64,000 nt of DNA from Escherichia coli (GCF_050320075.1 NZ_CP190018.1), one strand, 5' to 3'. Counted from the stretch's first letter, positions 13,363 through 25,919 are shown. The notes: a model not told the origin generated them from the sequence alone. Made by a program: numbers and translations.

Positions 13363-13736
13363 TTATCGGGCTTTTCTTTAAGGGTAGTCATTCGCTCCGC
13401 CTGGTGGGCGACAAAGCGTGCGGTGGATCACGTTTATTTACCTGTCAAAAAATATAACGCACTAATATCCATGGAATTTATAAAAATACAGATTTCGTGT
13501 TGTTTTTCATTTTCAGAACATTCAATCCTGCTCTCGCCGCAATCATGATATGCCATTCCTGATCTGGGTAATAGGCACAGGCTATCTTATTGATAGTTTA
13601 TATTCATGTAATTGATTGATTCCTATCAAAAAGCATATTTCCCTGTTTTTTATGATGGCTTTGTCTCGCAGAGACGTTTGCAGCATTCTGGAAAATTTTC
13701 TGGGTCACAATAACTCACCACCGTGAGGGAAGAATA

Positions 13737-15134
13737 ATGAAAATGGTCTCACGTATTACCGCGATCGGCCTGGCTGGCGTCGCGATTTGCTATTTAGGGT
13801 TATCTGGTTATGTGTGGTACCACGATAATAAACGCAGTAAACAGGCTGATGTTCAGGCATCTGCTGTCAGTGAAAATAATAAGGTTTTAGGCTTTCTCCG
13901 CGAAAAAGGATGCGACTATTGCCACACGCCTTCGGCAGAATTACCCGCCTATTATTATATTCCTGGCGCGAAACAGTTGATGGATTACGACATTAAGCTT
14001 GGATATAAATCTTTTAACCTCGAGGCCGTGCGTGCGGCTCTGCTGGCTGATAAACCCGTTTCGCAAAGCGATCTGAATAAGATTGAATGGGTGATGCAGT
14101 ATGAAACCATGCCACCAACGCGTTATACCGCGCTACACTGGGCGGGTAAGGTGAGTGATGAAGAGCGGGCGGAAATACTCGCCTGGATTGCAAAACAGCG
14201 CGCGGAATATTACGCCAGCAATGACACTGCACCGGATCATCGTAATGAACCGGTGCAGCCCATCCCGCAAAAACTGCCTACCGATGCGCAAAAAGTGGCG
14301 TTGGGCTTTGCGCTGTATCACGATCCCCGTTTATCGGCGGATAGCACCATTTCATGCGCTCATTGCCATGCGTTGAATGCGGGGGGCGTCGATGGCAGAA
14401 AAACATCGATTGGTGTTGGTGGCGCAGTGGGGCCGATTAACGCGCCGACGGTATTTAACTCAGTATTTAACGTTGAGCAGTTCTGGGATGGTCGTGCAGC
14501 AACATTGCAGGATCAGGCTGGTGGACCGCCGTTGAATCCGATTGAAATGGCGTCGAAATCCTGGGACGAAATTATTGCTAAGCTGGAAAAAGATCCGCAG
14601 CTTAAAGCGCAGTTCCTTGAAGTCTATCCGCAAGGTTTCAGTGGCGAAAATATTACTGATGCCATTGCTGAATTTGAGAAAACATTAATTACGCCGGATT
14701 CCCCATTTGATAAATGGTTGCGTGGAGATGAGAATGCGCTGACGGCACAACAGAAAAAAGGCTATCAATTATTCAAAGATAATAAATGTGCAACTTGTCA
14801 TGGTGGTATTATTCTCGGCGGACGTTCCTTCGAACCGTTGGGGCTGAAAAAAGACTTTAACTTTGGTGAAATTACGGCGGCGGATATTGGTCGTATGAAT
14901 GTTACTAAAGAAGAGCGCGATAAATTGCGTCAGAAAGTACCCGGTTTACGTAACGTTGCACTAACGGCACCGTACTTCCATCGCGGTGATGTGCCGACGC
15001 TGGACGGGGCGGTGAAACTGATGTTGCGCTATCAGGTAGGCAAAGAGCTGCCGCAGGAGGATGTGGATGATATCGTAGCTTTCCTGCACAGTCTGAACGG
15101 GGTTTACACGCCGTATATGCAGGATAAACAATAA
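13737..15134 (+). CDS. ccp: Di-haem cytochrome c peroxidase
   Basis: 465-aa ORF with several CxxCH haem-binding motifs (CDYCH, CAHCH, CATCH); YhjA/Ccp. Confidence 0.9.
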   Translation: MKMVSRITAIGLAGVAICYLGLSGYVWYHDNKRSKQADVQASAVSENNKVLGFLREKGCDYCHTPSAELPAYYYIPGAKQLMDYDIKLGYKSFNLEAVRAALLADKPVSQSDLNKIEWVMQYETMPPTRYTALHWAGKVSDEERAEILAWIAKQRAEYYASNDTAPDHRNEPVQPIPQKLPTDAQKVALGFALYHDPRLSADSTISCAHCHALNAGGVDGRKTSIGVGGAVGPINAPTVFNSVFNVEQFWDGRAATLQDQAGGPPLNPIEMASKSWDEIIAKLEKDPQLKAQFLEVYPQGFSGENITDAIAEFEKTLITPDSPFDKWLRGDENALTAQQKKGYQLFKDNKCATCHGGIILGGRSFEPLGLKKDFNFGEITAADIGRMNVTKEERDKLRQKVPGLRNVALTAPYFHRGDVPTLDGAVKLMLRYQVGKELPQEDVDDIVAFLHSLNGVYTPYMQDKQ

Positions 15135-15245
15135 TTAATTTAATCGCCCGAACAGGAATGTTCGGGTGATTTTTATTGCGATAATAAAGTCTGTTTTTAA
15201 TATTATCATGTTAAATGTTTATATTATAAAAAGTCGTTTTTCTGC

Positions 15246-15265
15246 TTAGGATTTTGTTATTTAAA
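15246..15265 (+). promoter_or_regulatory. GAD box (GadE binding site) in the gadA promoter
   Basis: ttaggattttgttatttaaa about 80 bp upstream of the gadA ATG; matches the 20-bp GAD box as I recall it. Confidence 0.7.
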
Positions 15266-15344
15266 TTAAGCCTGTAATGCCTTGCTTCCATTGCGGATAA
15301 ATCCTACTTTTTTATTGCCTTCAAATAAATTTAAGGAGTTCGAA

Positions 15345-16745
15345 ATGGACCAGAAGCTGTTAACGGATTTCCGCTCAGAACTACTCGATTCACGTTTTGG
15401 CGCAAAGGCCATTTCTACTATCGCGGAGTCAAAACGATTTCCGCTGCACGAAATGCGCGATGATGTCGCATTCCAGATTATCAATGATGAATTATATCTT
15501 GATGGCAACGCTCGTCAGAACCTGGCCACTTTTTGCCAGACCTGGGACGACGAAAACGTCCATAAATTGATGGATTTGTCGATCAATAAAAACTGGATCG
15601 ACAAAGAAGAATATCCGCAATCTGCAGCCATCGACCTGCGTTGCGTAAACATGGTTGCCGATCTGTGGCATGCGCCTGCGCCGAAAAATGGTCAGGCCGT
15701 TGGCACCAACACCATTGGTTCTTCCGAGGCCTGTATGCTCGGCGGGATGGCGATGAAATGGCGTTGGCGCAAGCGTATGGAAGCCGCAGGTAAGCCGACC
15801 AACAAACCAAACCTGGTGTGCGGTCCGGTACAAATCTGCTGGCATAAATTTGCCCGCTACTGGGATGTGGAGCTGCGTGAGATCCCTATGCGCCCCGGTC
15901 AGTTGTTTATGGACCCGAAACGCATGATTGAGGCCTGCGACGAAAACACCATCGGCGTGGTGCCGACTTTCGGCGTGACCTACACCGGTAACTATGAGTT
16001 CCCGCAACCGCTGCACGATGCGTTGGATAAATTCCAGGCCGACACCGGTATCGACATCGACATGCACATCGACGCCGCCAGCGGTGGCTTCCTGGCACCG
16101 TTCGTCGCCCCGGATATCGTCTGGGACTTCCGCCTGCCGCGTGTGAAATCGATCAGTGCTTCAGGCCATAAATTCGGTCTGGCTCCGCTGGGCTGCGGCT
16201 GGGTTATCTGGCGTGATGAAGAAGCGCTGCCGCAGGAACTGGTGTTCAACGTTGACTATCTCGGTGGTCAGATTGGGACTTTCGCCATCAACTTCTCCCG
16301 CCCGGCGGGTCAGGTAATTGCACAGTACTATGAATTCCTGCGCCTCGGTCGTGAAGGCTATACCAAAGTACAGAACGCCTCTTACCAGGTTGCCGCTTAT
16401 CTGGCGGATGAAATCGCCAAACTGGGGCCGTATGAGTTCATCTGTACCGGTCGCCCGGACGAAGGCATCCCGGCGGTTTGCTTCAAACTGAAAGAGGGTG
16501 AAGATCCGGGATACACCCTCTACGACCTCTCTGAACGTCTGCGTCTGCGCGGCTGGCAGGTTCCGGCCTTCACTCTCGGCGGTGAAGCCACTGACATCGT
16601 GGTGATGCGCATTATGTGTCGTCGCGGCTTCGAAATGGACTTTGCTGAACTGTTGCTGGAAGACTACAAAGCCTCCCTGAAATATCTCAGCGACCACCCG
16701 AAACTGCAGGGTATTGCCCAGCAGAACAGCTTTAAACATACCTGA
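15345..16745 (+). CDS. gadA: Glutamate decarboxylase A
   Basis: Within track ORF 15282..16745; start [19 protein letters not shown] (ATG 15345) gives 466 aa; assigned gadA rather than gadB because gadX is immediately downstream. Confidence 0.9.
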   Translation: MDQKLLTDFRSELLDSRFGAKAISTIAESKRFPLHEMRDDVAFQIINDELYLDGNARQNLATFCQTWDDENVHKLMDLSINKNWIDKEEYPQSAAIDLRCVNMVADLWHAPAPKNGQAVGTNTIGSSEACMLGGMAMKWRWRKRMEAAGKPTNKPNLVCGPVQICWHKFARYWDVELREIPMRPGQLFMDPKRMIEACDENTIGVVPTFGVTYTGNYEFPQPLHDALDKFQADTGIDIDMHIDAASGGFLAPFVAPDIVWDFRLPRVKSISASGHKFGLAPLGCGWVIWRDEEALPQELVFNVDYLGGQIGTFAINFSRPAGQVIAQYYEFLRLGREGYTKVQNASYQVAAYLADEIAKLGPYEFICTGRPDEGIPAVCFKLKEGEDPGYTLYDLSERLRLRGWQVPAFTLGGEATDIVVMRIMCRRGFEMDFAELLLEDYKASLKYLSDHPKLQGIAQQNSFKHT

Positions 16746-16762
16746 TAACATAACGTTGTAAA

Positions 16763-16808
16763 AACCGAATGCCCAACCTTTAAAAAACAGTTGGGCATTC
16801 GGTTGCTT
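16763..16808 (+). terminator. Probable gadA terminator hairpin
   Basis: Inverted repeat aaccgaatgcccaac...gttgggcattcggtt just after the gadA stop. Confidence 0.5.
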
Positions 16809-17103
16809 ATTAATAGCAATAATATATTGGCTGTCTATTCATCGTGTTGATAAGATATATGTTATATGAATGTTTATTCAATGTAACGAATATTTTAATG
16901 TCACTACAAGGGATTATTTGCTTACTATTAATTTCACTGCGTTCTTAAGCACGCCTTTTGTATTATAAATCCAGTCATCCTGCCCGTAGATTATCATCCT
17001 GTTTTCCCGCTTCGTTTAAATTTATTTATCAATCAATTTGACTTAAGAGGGCGGCGTGCTACATTAATAAACAGTAATATGTTTATGTAATATTAAGCCA
17101 ACT

Positions 17104-17928
17104 ATGCAATCACTACATGGGAATTGTCTAATTGCGTACGCAAGACATAAATATATTCTCACCATGGTTAATGGTGAATATCGCTATTTTAATGGCGGTG
17201 ATCTGGTTTTTGCGGATGCAAGCCAAATTCAAGTGGATAAGTGTGTTGAGAATTTCGTATTAGTTTCAAGAGACACGCTTTCATTATTTCTCCCGATGCT
17301 CAAGGAGGAGGCATTAAAACTTCATGCACATAAAAAAGTTCCTTCATTACTCGTTCATAACTGTACCAGAGATATTCCTGTTTTTCAGGAAGTTGCGCAA
17401 CTATCGCAGAATAAGAATCTTCGCTATGCAGAAATGCTACGTAAAAGGGCATTAATATTTGCGTTGTTATCTGTTTTTCTTGAGGATACGCAGTTTATAC
17501 CGTTACTTCTGAACGTGTTGCAACCGAATATGCGAACACGAGTTTGTACGGTCATCAATAATAATATCGCCCATGAGTGGACATTAGCCCGAATCGCTAG
17601 CGAATTGTTGATGAGTCCAAGCCTGTTAAAGAAAAAATTGCGCGAAGAAGGTACGTCATATTCACAGTTGCTTACTGAGTGTAGGATGCAGCGTGCTTTA
17701 CAACTTATTGTTATATATGGTGTTTCAATTAAGCGAGTTGCAGTATCCTGTGGATATCACAGCGTGTCGTATTTCATTTACGTTTTTCGAAATTATTATG
17801 GGATGACGCCCACAGAGTATCAGGAGCGATCGGCGCAGGAATTACCGAACTGTGGCTCGGCGGCAAGTATGGCTGCGCAAGGGAATTTTTACGGCACTGA
17901 CCGTTCTACGGAAGGAATAAGATTATAG
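17104..17928 (+). CDS. gadX: AraC-family acid-resistance regulator GadX
   Basis: 274-aa ORF with C-terminal AraC-type HTH; downstream of gadA. Confidence 0.9.
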   Translation: MQSLHGNCLIAYARHKYILTMVNGEYRYFNGGDLVFADASQIQVDKCVENFVLVSRDTLSLFLPMLKEEALKLHAHKKVPSLLVHNCTRDIPVFQEVAQLSQNKNLRYAEMLRKRALIFALLSVFLEDTQFIPLLLNVLQPNMRTRVCTVINNNIAHEWTLARIASELLMSPSLLKKKLREEGTSYSQLLTECRMQRALQLIVIYGVSIKRVAVSCGYHSVSYFIYVFRNYYGMTPTEYQERSAQELPNCGSAASMAAQGNFYGTDRSTEGIRL

Positions 17929-17944
17929 AGTTTTACTCAGACAT

Positions 17945-18050
17945 AAAAAAAACCCGGCATAGGGGACCGGGAAGAGGATAGTCTGCCGTCTCCAGACTAA
18001 TAAACCGTTATAACACTCCCTGTTGGCACGGGAAACTTTGTGCTCTCAGT
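17945..18050 (-). ncRNA. gadY: GadY small RNA, antisense to the gadX 3' region
   Basis: Minus-strand sequence from ACTGAGAGCACAAAGTTTCCCGTGCC to the CCCGGTCCCCTATGCCGGG hairpin plus U-tract, matching GadY as I recall it. Confidence 0.75.
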
Positions 18051-18296
18051 AAGTTAAATATAACTTTTACTGGAAATAAGATCAGCCATTTTTTTATAAA
18101 CATAAGCTATACGCTGTGCGAAAATATATTCGTGTTGCATTTACTTATTATCAATTAACTGTTATGCAAAACTACTTTGTGGATAAATTTTGGTCCTACC
18201 AAATCTGGCAGTTTTTGCGCTAAGAAACAGTCTGGCATCATTTCATTAGTATACTGAAATTGAAATAATCGCAGTAATGAAATATAAGGGATAGTC

Positions 18297-19025
18297 ATGA
18301 CTCATGTCTGCTCGGTGATCCTCGTTCGTCGTTCATTCGATATTTATCATGAACAGCAAAAAATATCGTTGCACAACGAGAGTATCCTGTTACTGGATAA
18401 AAATTTGGCAGACGATTTTGCGTTTTGTTCACCGGATACGCGACGACTGGATATCGATGAGCTGACAGTTTGCCATTACTTACAAAATATTCGTCAGATA
18501 CCACGCAATTTAGGGTTACATAGCAAAGACCGTCTGTTAATTAACCAGTCACCCCCCATGCCGCTGGTGACGGCGATTTTTGATAGTTTCAATGACTCCG
18601 GGGTAAATTCACCGATACTGAGCAAAATGCTCTATCTTTCCTGTTTATCGATGTTTTCTCATAAGAAAGAACTGATCCCCTTACTTTTCAATAGTATCAG
18701 TACTGTTTCAGGAAAAGTTGAACGCCTTATTAGCTTTGATATCGCCAAACGTTGGTATCTGCGCGATATCGCGGAAAGAATGTATACCAGCGAGAGTCTA
18801 ATCAAAAAAAAGTTGCAGGATGAAAATACCTGTTTCAGTAAAATATTACTCGCCTCCAGGATGTCGATGGCCAGACGATTACTCGAGTTACGTCAAATTC
18901 CTCTGCATACTATTGCGGAAAAATGTGGCTATAGCAGTACATCGTACTTTATAAACACATTTCGACAATATTATGGTGTAACGCCACATCAGTTTGCGCA
19001 ACATTCGCCAGGTACCTTTTCCTGA
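18297..19025 (+). CDS. gadW: AraC-family regulator GadW
   Basis: 242-aa ORF with C-terminal AraC-type HTH; gadX-gadY-gadW arrangement. Confidence 0.9.
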   Translation: MTHVCSVILVRRSFDIYHEQQKISLHNESILLLDKNLADDFAFCSPDTRRLDIDELTVCHYLQNIRQIPRNLGLHSKDRLLINQSPPMPLVTAIFDSFNDSGVNSPILSKMLYLSCLSMFSHKKELIPLLFNSISTVSGKVERLISFDIAKRWYLRDIAERMYTSESLIKKKLQDENTCFSKILLASRMSMARRLLELRQIPLHTIAEKCGYSSTSYFINTFRQYYGVTPHQFAQHSPGTFS

Positions 19026-19387
19026 CATATTTTGCATTTGAATATTGGTCAGGATCTCACACCTGCTTCATGTGAAACTCTTCCCTGATGATTTCTGCCG
19101 GGCTACCGGCTAGTTCTCTTTCGCAGTTTGCCAGGCGGTATAGGTATTTTCAGGAGGAAAAGACTCGGCATGTTTGGGATTATTAAGCTGACAATTCATA
19201 CGATTACGGGAATGTGGGTCAGTATTGTGTTGTTTAAATTGATGACGAATGGCTGGAGTGGTTTCTACTTTCAGTGCTGTGTACTAAGCCTGGTATTCCT
19301 GACGGTTAGCTGGTTGTTGAGTGGTGAATGGTTAGCGGGAAAGAGTAAGGCTGAACCCTCACGTTCAACCTTACTCTCATTTACACG

Positions 19388-22300
19388 TTACGCTTTTTTA
19401 AAGCGGGCAAAGAGATGTTCCACTACAACGAAAAAGACCGGAACGAAGTAAATTGCCAGCACTGTTGCGGCAAACATCCCGCCCATCACGCCGGTACCTA
19501 CCGCGTTTTGCGCGCCAGAACCGGCACCATGACTGATAACCAGCGGCAGCACGCCGAGAATAAAGGCCAGAGAGGTCATCAGGATTGGGCGTAAACGCAT
19601 CCGCGCCGCTTCGATGATTGCCTCTATCGGCGTTTTCCCTTCTTTCTGCATCATCTCAACGGCAAATTCGACAATCAGGATGGCGTTCTTGGCGGAAAGC
19701 CCGATGGTGGTCAGCAAACCAACCTGGAAGTAGACGTCATTACTTAAGCCGCGTAGATCGGTGGCCAGTAATGCGCCAACGACGCCTAACGGTACAACCA
19801 ACATCACCGAGAACGGAATTGACCAGCTCTCATAAAGTGCGGCGAGGGCGAGGAACACCACGACCAGTGAAATGGCATACAGCGCGGGAGCCTGATTTGA
19901 GGATAACGCTTCCTGATACGACAGTCCGGTCCATGAGTAGCCGACGCCTGCCGGAAGTTTAGCGACCAGGTCTGCCATAAATTTCATGGCGTCACCGGTA
20001 CTTTTCCCGGCCGCCGCTTCACCTAAAATCTCCATTGACGGGATGCCGTTGTAGCGTTCCAGTCGCGGTGAACCATAGGTCCATTCGGTAGACGAATAGG
20101 CCGAAAGCGGTGCCATCGTGCCAGAGGCGTTGCGTACATACCATTGGTTGATGTTATCCGGCAACATACGGAACGGCGTGCCTGCCTGGACATACACTTT
20201 TTTCACCCGCCCCTGGTTGAGGAAGTCGTTCACGTAGCTGCTGCCGAAGGCGGTGGAAATTGTCTGGTTGATATCAGACAGCGCCACACCCATAGCCTCG
20301 GCTTTCGCGGCGTTGACGTTCACTTTGAACATCGGCGTATCTTCCAGGCCGTTCGGGCGTACACCGGTGACTTGATTCGGTGATTGCGCTGCCAGTGATA
20401 ACAGCTCGTTTCGCGCCTGGGTTAGTTTTTCGTGCCCCAGGTTACCGTTGTCCAGCAGTTCCATATCAAAACCTGACGCGGTACCCAGTTCAGCCACCGC
20501 GGGTAAGTTGAACGGGAAGACGACGGCTTTATTGATACTGCTTAACGCAATCATTGCCCGCTGAATGATCGCGGTAACCGAGTTTTCCTCACCGACACGT
20601 TCAGACCACGGCTTGAGACTGATAAACGCCAGGCCGTTGTTTTGCCCCTGGCCGCTGAAGCCAAAGCCGCCAACGGTAAATACCGACTGAACATTATCTT
20701 TCTCTTTAGTCAGATAATAATCCGTCACCTGTTGCAGCACTTTCGTGGTGTTAACCATGGTGGCACCGGAAGGTAACTGCGCGGTGGTCATAAATACCCC
20801 CTGATCCTCTTCTGGTAAGAAAGAGGTCGGCGTGCGCAGGAACAGCACCGCCATCCCGGCGCAAATCAGCAGGTAGACCACCATGTAGCGACCGGTACAA
20901 CGCAACAGCGAGCGGGTACTGTCGGTATAGTGCTGAGTTGATTTTTCAAACAGCGTGTTGAAGCGTGCGAACAGGGCGTTAGGTTTGTGACCGCCTTCCG
21001 GCGCGGCTTTCAGAATGGTGGCGCACAGGGCAGGGGTCAGGCTCATTGCCACAAATACTGAAAGCAGCATGGAGGAGATCAGCGTGATGGAGAACTGGCG
21101 GTAGATCTCCCCGGTTGCACCGCTCATAAAGGCCATCGGCATAAACACTGCGGAAAGAACAACGGCAATCCCGACCAGCGCACGTTGGATCTGCCCCATC
21201 GATTTATGCGTCGCTTCCTTCGGCGGTAGTTTATCTTCCGCAATGACACGCTCGACGTTCTCCACCACCACGATGGCGTCATCCACCAGTAACCCTATCG
21301 CCAGCACCATCCCGAACATAGTTAACGTGTTGATGGTGAAACCGACCGCCGACAAGATCGCAAACGTCCCGAGAATAACCACCGGTACGGCAATCGTCGG
21401 GATGATTGTGGCACGGAAATTCTGCAAAAACAGATACATGACCAGGAAGACGAGGATGATAGCCTCAACCAGTGTTTTAAAAACTTCCTGAATAGAAATT
21501 TCGATAAACGGCGTGGTGTCGTAAGGATAAACCGTCTTCAGACTTGCGGGGAAATAGGCTGATAAGCGGTTCAGCTCCTCTTTGACTGCCCGCGAGGTAT
21601 CCAGGGCGTTTGCTCCGGCAGCCAGTTTGATGGCGATCCCGGCAGCAGGTTTGCCGTTATAGCGCGCCACGGTGGAATAGTCTTCCGCTCCAAGTTCGAC
21701 GCGGGCGACATCACGCAGCAGCACTTGCGAACCATCTTGCTGAACTTTCAACAGGATTTTGCCAAATTCTTCCGGCGTTTGCAGACGCGTCTGCACAATG
21801 ATCGAGGCGTTTAGTTGCTGGTCTGCCGCCTGTGGCATGCCACCCAGTTGACCACCAGAAATCTGGTTGTTCTGCACCTTAATCTGGGAAATAACATCGG
21901 AAGGTACCAGATTGTATTTATTGAGTTTTTGCGGGTCCAGCCAGATACGCATGGCGTACTCGGAACCAAAGAGCTGTACGCTACCAACGCCCGCGGTACG
22001 GCTTAGCGGGTCTTTGATATTAGACGCTACATAGTCCGCGATATCGTACTGGTTGAGGCTGCCGTTATCAGAAATAAACGCCGCTACCATCAGGATATTA
22101 CTGCTCGACTTATCGACGCTAATCCCCTGCTGCTGCACCGCTTCAGGTAATGAAGGCATAGCGAGCTGCAGTTTATTTTGCACCTGAACCTGTGCGATAT
22201 CAGGCGATGTCCCAGTCTCGAAGGTCAGAGTGATAGAGGCATTGCCCGCCGCATCACTGGTTGAAGACATGTACATCAGGCCATCAAGCCCATTCATATT

Positions 22301-22501
22301 TTGCTCAATCACCTGAGTGACCGAGTCTTCTACCGTTTGCGCATCGGCACCTGGATAGGTTGCGCTGACGGTTATGGTCGGTGGCGCAATCTGCGGATAC
22401 TGCGCAACCGGTAAGTTCATGATCGCCAGACCGCCTGCAAGCATCATAATAATGGCAAGTACCCAGGCAAAAACCGGGCGATCAATAAAATAGTTAGCCA
22501 T
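19388..22501 (-). CDS. mdtF: RND multidrug efflux pump, inner-membrane subunit
   Basis: 1037-aa ORF, AcrB-like; downstream of mdtE. Confidence 0.95.
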
Positions 22502-22525
22502 GAAAGTCCCCTTAAGCCTGCAACG

Positions 22526-23683
22526 TTATTGTTTCGATTCGGTGCTGGCGTTTTCCTGGCTGGAGGAAATTGCTCGTGCTTTGATACCCGGACGAATGCG
22601 TTGCAAACCGGAAACGATCACCCGATCGCCAGTCTGCAAGCCAGAGGTGACAACCCACTGGTCGCCGATGGCTTTGCTGGCTTCGATTTCGCGTAGCTGC
22701 ACGACATCGTCTTTATCCAGAATGAGCGCCGTTGCTTTACCCTGGGCGTTGTGGGTGACGCCTTCCTGCGGCACCAGTAATACATTCTGGCGGCTACCTT
22801 CATCCACTAATGCCGTAACGTACATGCCAGGCAGCAAGTCACCATTTGGGTTGGGGAAAATCGCCCGTAACGTCACGGAGCCCGTGGTTTCATCCACCGT
22901 CGGGTCGGAGAATTTCAGCGTGCCGGTCTGGCTGTAACGTTTACCATTTTCCAGATTGAGCTGTACTGGCGTACTGCCCTGAACCTGTTTGATTTGCCCA
23001 CTGGCGACCTCTTCTTTCATACGCAAGAAATCCTGCACCGACTGCGTGAGATCGACATAAATCGGGTCCAGACGTTGTACGGTAACCAGCGAATCTGCCT
23101 GATTAGCGGTAACGAGTGCGCCGACGGTCACCGACGATTTCCCGCTGACGCCCGTAATCGGCGAGGTGACATTCGCGTATTGCAAATTGATCGTCGCCTG
23201 TTCAACAGCCGCTTTGGCGACGGTGACATTGGCTTCTGCTTCATTCAGCTGGGTGCGCGCGGTGTCGTAATCCTGACGGCTAACGTAGTTGGTCTTCAGC
23301 AACGATGCCTGGCGGTTAAAGGTGATGCGGGCATTGCTGGCGGTAGAGAGCGCTTTCGCCAGCGTGCCTTTGGCGGAGTTCAGCTCGGCCTGTAAAGGTG
23401 CAGGATCAATCTGATACAGCGAATCGCCCTGGTTCACTTTATCGCCTTCGATAAAGTTGCGTTTAATGATAATACCGCCAACCTGGGGACGTATCTCGGC
23501 AACTTCATAAGGAACGGTTCTACCGGGCAATTCGCTCAATACATTGACCGAACCGGGGGAGAGTGTGACGACACCGACCTCAGGCGTCATGGCGGCGGCG
23601 TTTTCCGCCGATTTGTCATCGCAGGCGGTGAGCATCGCGCCGCAGAATAACAACGGTATTAACAGCTTTCTTCTTCTGTTCAT
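22526..23683 (-). CDS. mdtE: RND efflux membrane fusion protein (lipoprotein)
   Basis: 385-aa ORF with lipoprotein signal (LTAC); 24-bp gap to mdtF. Confidence 0.95.
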   Translation of the reverse strand: MNRRRKLLIPLLFCGAMLTACDDKSAENAAAMTPEVGVVTLSPGSVNVLSELPGRTVPYEVAEIRPQVGGIIIKRNFIEGDKVNQGDSLYQIDPAPLQAELNSAKGTLAKALSTASNARITFNRQASLLKTNYVSRQDYDTARTQLNEAEANVTVAKAAVEQATINLQYANVTSPITGVSGKSSVTVGALVTANQADSLVTVQRLDPIYVDLTQSVQDFLRMKEEVASGQIKQVQGSTPVQLNLENGKRYSQTGTLKFSDPTVDETTGSVTLRAIFPNPNGDLLPGMYVTALVDEGSRQNVLLVPQEGVTHNAQGKATALILDKDDVVQLREIEASKAIGDQWVVTSGLQTGDRVIVSGLQRIRPGIKARAISSSQENASTESKQ

Positions 23684-24021
23684 TTTAGTCCCTGAAAATT
23701 CTTGAGAAATAACGGTTCTTTAAATTGCGCGCGAGGAGAGATATGAGGGATTTACAGACCAGCGGCATAGTGGGGTTGTCAGCCAGTAAGGTGGGATACA
23801 GGCATAGTGATCGACATGGTGAGGTCAACGACAAAAAAAATGTTGCCGTTCTGCCAACAGTTCCTGCCAGCATTCGGGCAACGAAGGGTTCTACTGGTGG
23901 ATACACATACCAGGGGAATAAAGTCGTTTTAACCTCTCCTTTAGTAATCACCGGGGGTAATGAAATCAGCATCTGCATCCCTCGTCATGCCAGCCATCAA
24001 TTTCAGTTGCTTATGTCCTGA

Positions 24022-24549
24022 CTAAAAATAAGATGTGATACCCAGGGTGACGATGTCGCTCATACGTCTTAGTTTCAGCTTGTACATAATGTTGAATTTC
24101 TGAATCTTTAATGTTTGTTGCGAAATATTGAGCGTCGACGTGATATTGCTTTCATTTTTATTTTTCAGAATCAGTTGCATAATTTTGAACTGATTATGTG
24201 AAAAACATAATTGTGAATTCTTATGGGGCAAGTGTTTACCATAAGTAATCTCAAGAAGATTTTTGATACTTTCTTTGCGGCTGACAAAATAAATAGGCGC
24301 TTTAGCTTTTAGTTTACTGATGTGATAAGGTGCCAAAACAATAATTCTCTCGGCATCTAATTTCTCCAGAAATTTAATCGCTTCTTCATCAAGGATATGA
24401 TTGTGATAGGTATCAATGATAACCTTGAAGGGTTTATTGCCTACTTTTTTGATCTCTGACAGGGAATTGATTTTTATCATTTCGTGATTATCTTTCAACT
24501 GCCAAAAGCCCTGTAAAAGAAAAGAATCTTTCGTCATGAGAAAAATCAT
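24022..24549 (-). CDS. gadE: LuxR-family acid-resistance activator GadE
   Basis: Track ORF 24022..24627 trimmed to the start MIFLMTKDSFLLQGFWQ (start codon 24547-24549), 175 aa. Confidence 0.9.
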   Translation of the reverse strand: MIFLMTKDSFLLQGFWQLKDNHEMIKINSLSEIKKVGNKPFKVIIDTYHNHILDEEAIKFLEKLDAERIIVLAPYHISKLKAKAPIYFVSRKESIKNLLEITYGKHLPHKNSQLCFSHNQFKIMQLILKNKNESNITSTLNISQQTLKIQKFNIMYKLKLRRMSDIVTLGITSYF

Positions 24550-25346
24550 AACTTGCTCCTTAGCCGTTATCGTTTCGAACATGTCATCCTTTTCATTATT
24601 TACATCCTTGTCCGAATCGTTGTTCAATATAGTAAACGCCTATAAGAACTTTGCCCTTCGTGAACTAATACGTCTATTAACACTAATCAATGCTTCAGAT
24701 TTATCCATCACACACTCCATATATTGATCCTAAGTAAAATTCCTGGTTGTTATCAGTTTGTAAACGGCAAACAAAAACTTAACGTTTACGGATTACTGCC
24801 CAAGAATAAGTTATCAATAACCAGTTTGTGATCTCTGAAGAATATTACTAAAGTTAAAATGTAATCCGATTTAAATATCGAGTCTCCTTGTTTCGACTTA
24901 AGCTGGCAATTGGATTGCCAGCTTTCTTTTAACGCATTGAAATTACCTGAGTAAATAACTCATTCATGTCTTCAGGTTTTTATATAGCGTCTGGAGACAC
25001 GGATATTTATGCAATGTAATCAACGCCAGTTGCAAAAAATGAACCCGGATTACTTATTTAACCGCCCATAGCATCAACGCTTACGGAACTCTTTGTTCAC
25101 TTTCCCACAGCACTTTTAAAACATTAAACCTGACTACGGAAAATATCAGCCATGATAATGTTTGAAATGGCTAATTTGCCATGGAATGAAAAAAATTAGA
25201 TGAAATTCAGTAGGTTGAAATAATCATCAGCAGGTAATTATTTCAATGATAGTGCGCAATTGATCTACAACGCTGTGTAGCTGAGAGAGTATTAATCGGA
25301 TCATAGTCACATCAAGTGACTATGATCCGGGTGACAACAGGAATAA

Positions 25347-25919
25347 TTATTGCTGCTTAACGAACAAACTGGCGAAGCTGAACAGGCTGGCGGCGCTAAA
25401 TATCAGTTCAATACCCACCAGTGTGGAAACCAAAGTTACAGACACCATCGGCGTTGCACCAAGGAATATCCATGCAATGACGATATCCAGCACACCAATA
25501 ACGAGCTGTAGCCAGCTGCCTTTCATTGAACGCTGACGATACCAACTCATCAGGCGAATAACCCCTGCAACACAGAACAAACCGGCAATAAATGCCGCAA
25601 TGGCAAAAATGCCCAGCTCCGGTGCGCGGATGAAGAAATAGCCGATCAATAAATAGGCGACTGCGACGAGGAAACCGGATAATACCGGCCAGAAATTATG
25701 ACTGCGGTTGCTGAATAATCCAACAATAAGCGCAACGCCCGAGCAGATTAATAATGCACCCACTACCGTGCTTAAAATATCGCCAGAGACGAACGGGAAA
25801 CTGATACACAGCAACCCGACGATAAACAGCAACACGGCAATAAACTGGATTGCTCTGCGATGCTTTTTCAGCATCTCCAGATCAAACTTCAAAATTGTTG
25901 CCTTATCTATATATAACAT
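25347..25919 (-). CDS. hdeD: Acid-resistance inner-membrane protein HdeD
   Basis: 190-aa multi-TM ORF divergent from hdeA. Confidence 0.9.
   Translation of the reverse strand: MLYIDKATILKFDLEMLKKHRRAIQFIAVLLFIVGLLCISFPFVSGDILSTVVGALLICSGVALIVGLFSNRSHNFWPVLSGFLVAVAYLLIGYFFIRAPELGIFAIAAFIAGLFCVAGVIRLMSWYRQRSMKGSWLQLVIGVLDIVIAWIFLGATPMVSVTLVSTLVGIELIFSAASLFSFASLFVKQQ

Noticed and set aside
15492..16751. Several minus-strand ORFs (191 and 196 aa and shorter)
   Set aside because: All lie inside gadA on the opposite strand with low-complexity composition; shadow ORFs.
19170..19451. Small hydrophobic ORF (MFGIIKLTIHTITGMWVSIVLF.., 93 aa from the internal ATG) with an AGGAGG Shine-Dalgarno 11 nt upstream
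   Set aside because: Its last 64 nt overlap the 3' end of mdtF on the opposite strand and I know of no gene here. The SD-like sequence could be fortuitous. Worth a ribosome-profiling check only.
23685..24021. ORFs of 97 and 98 aa in the mdtE / gadE intergenic region
   Set aside because: No SD, low-complexity translation; this is the known intergenic spacer within the gadE-mdtEF unit.
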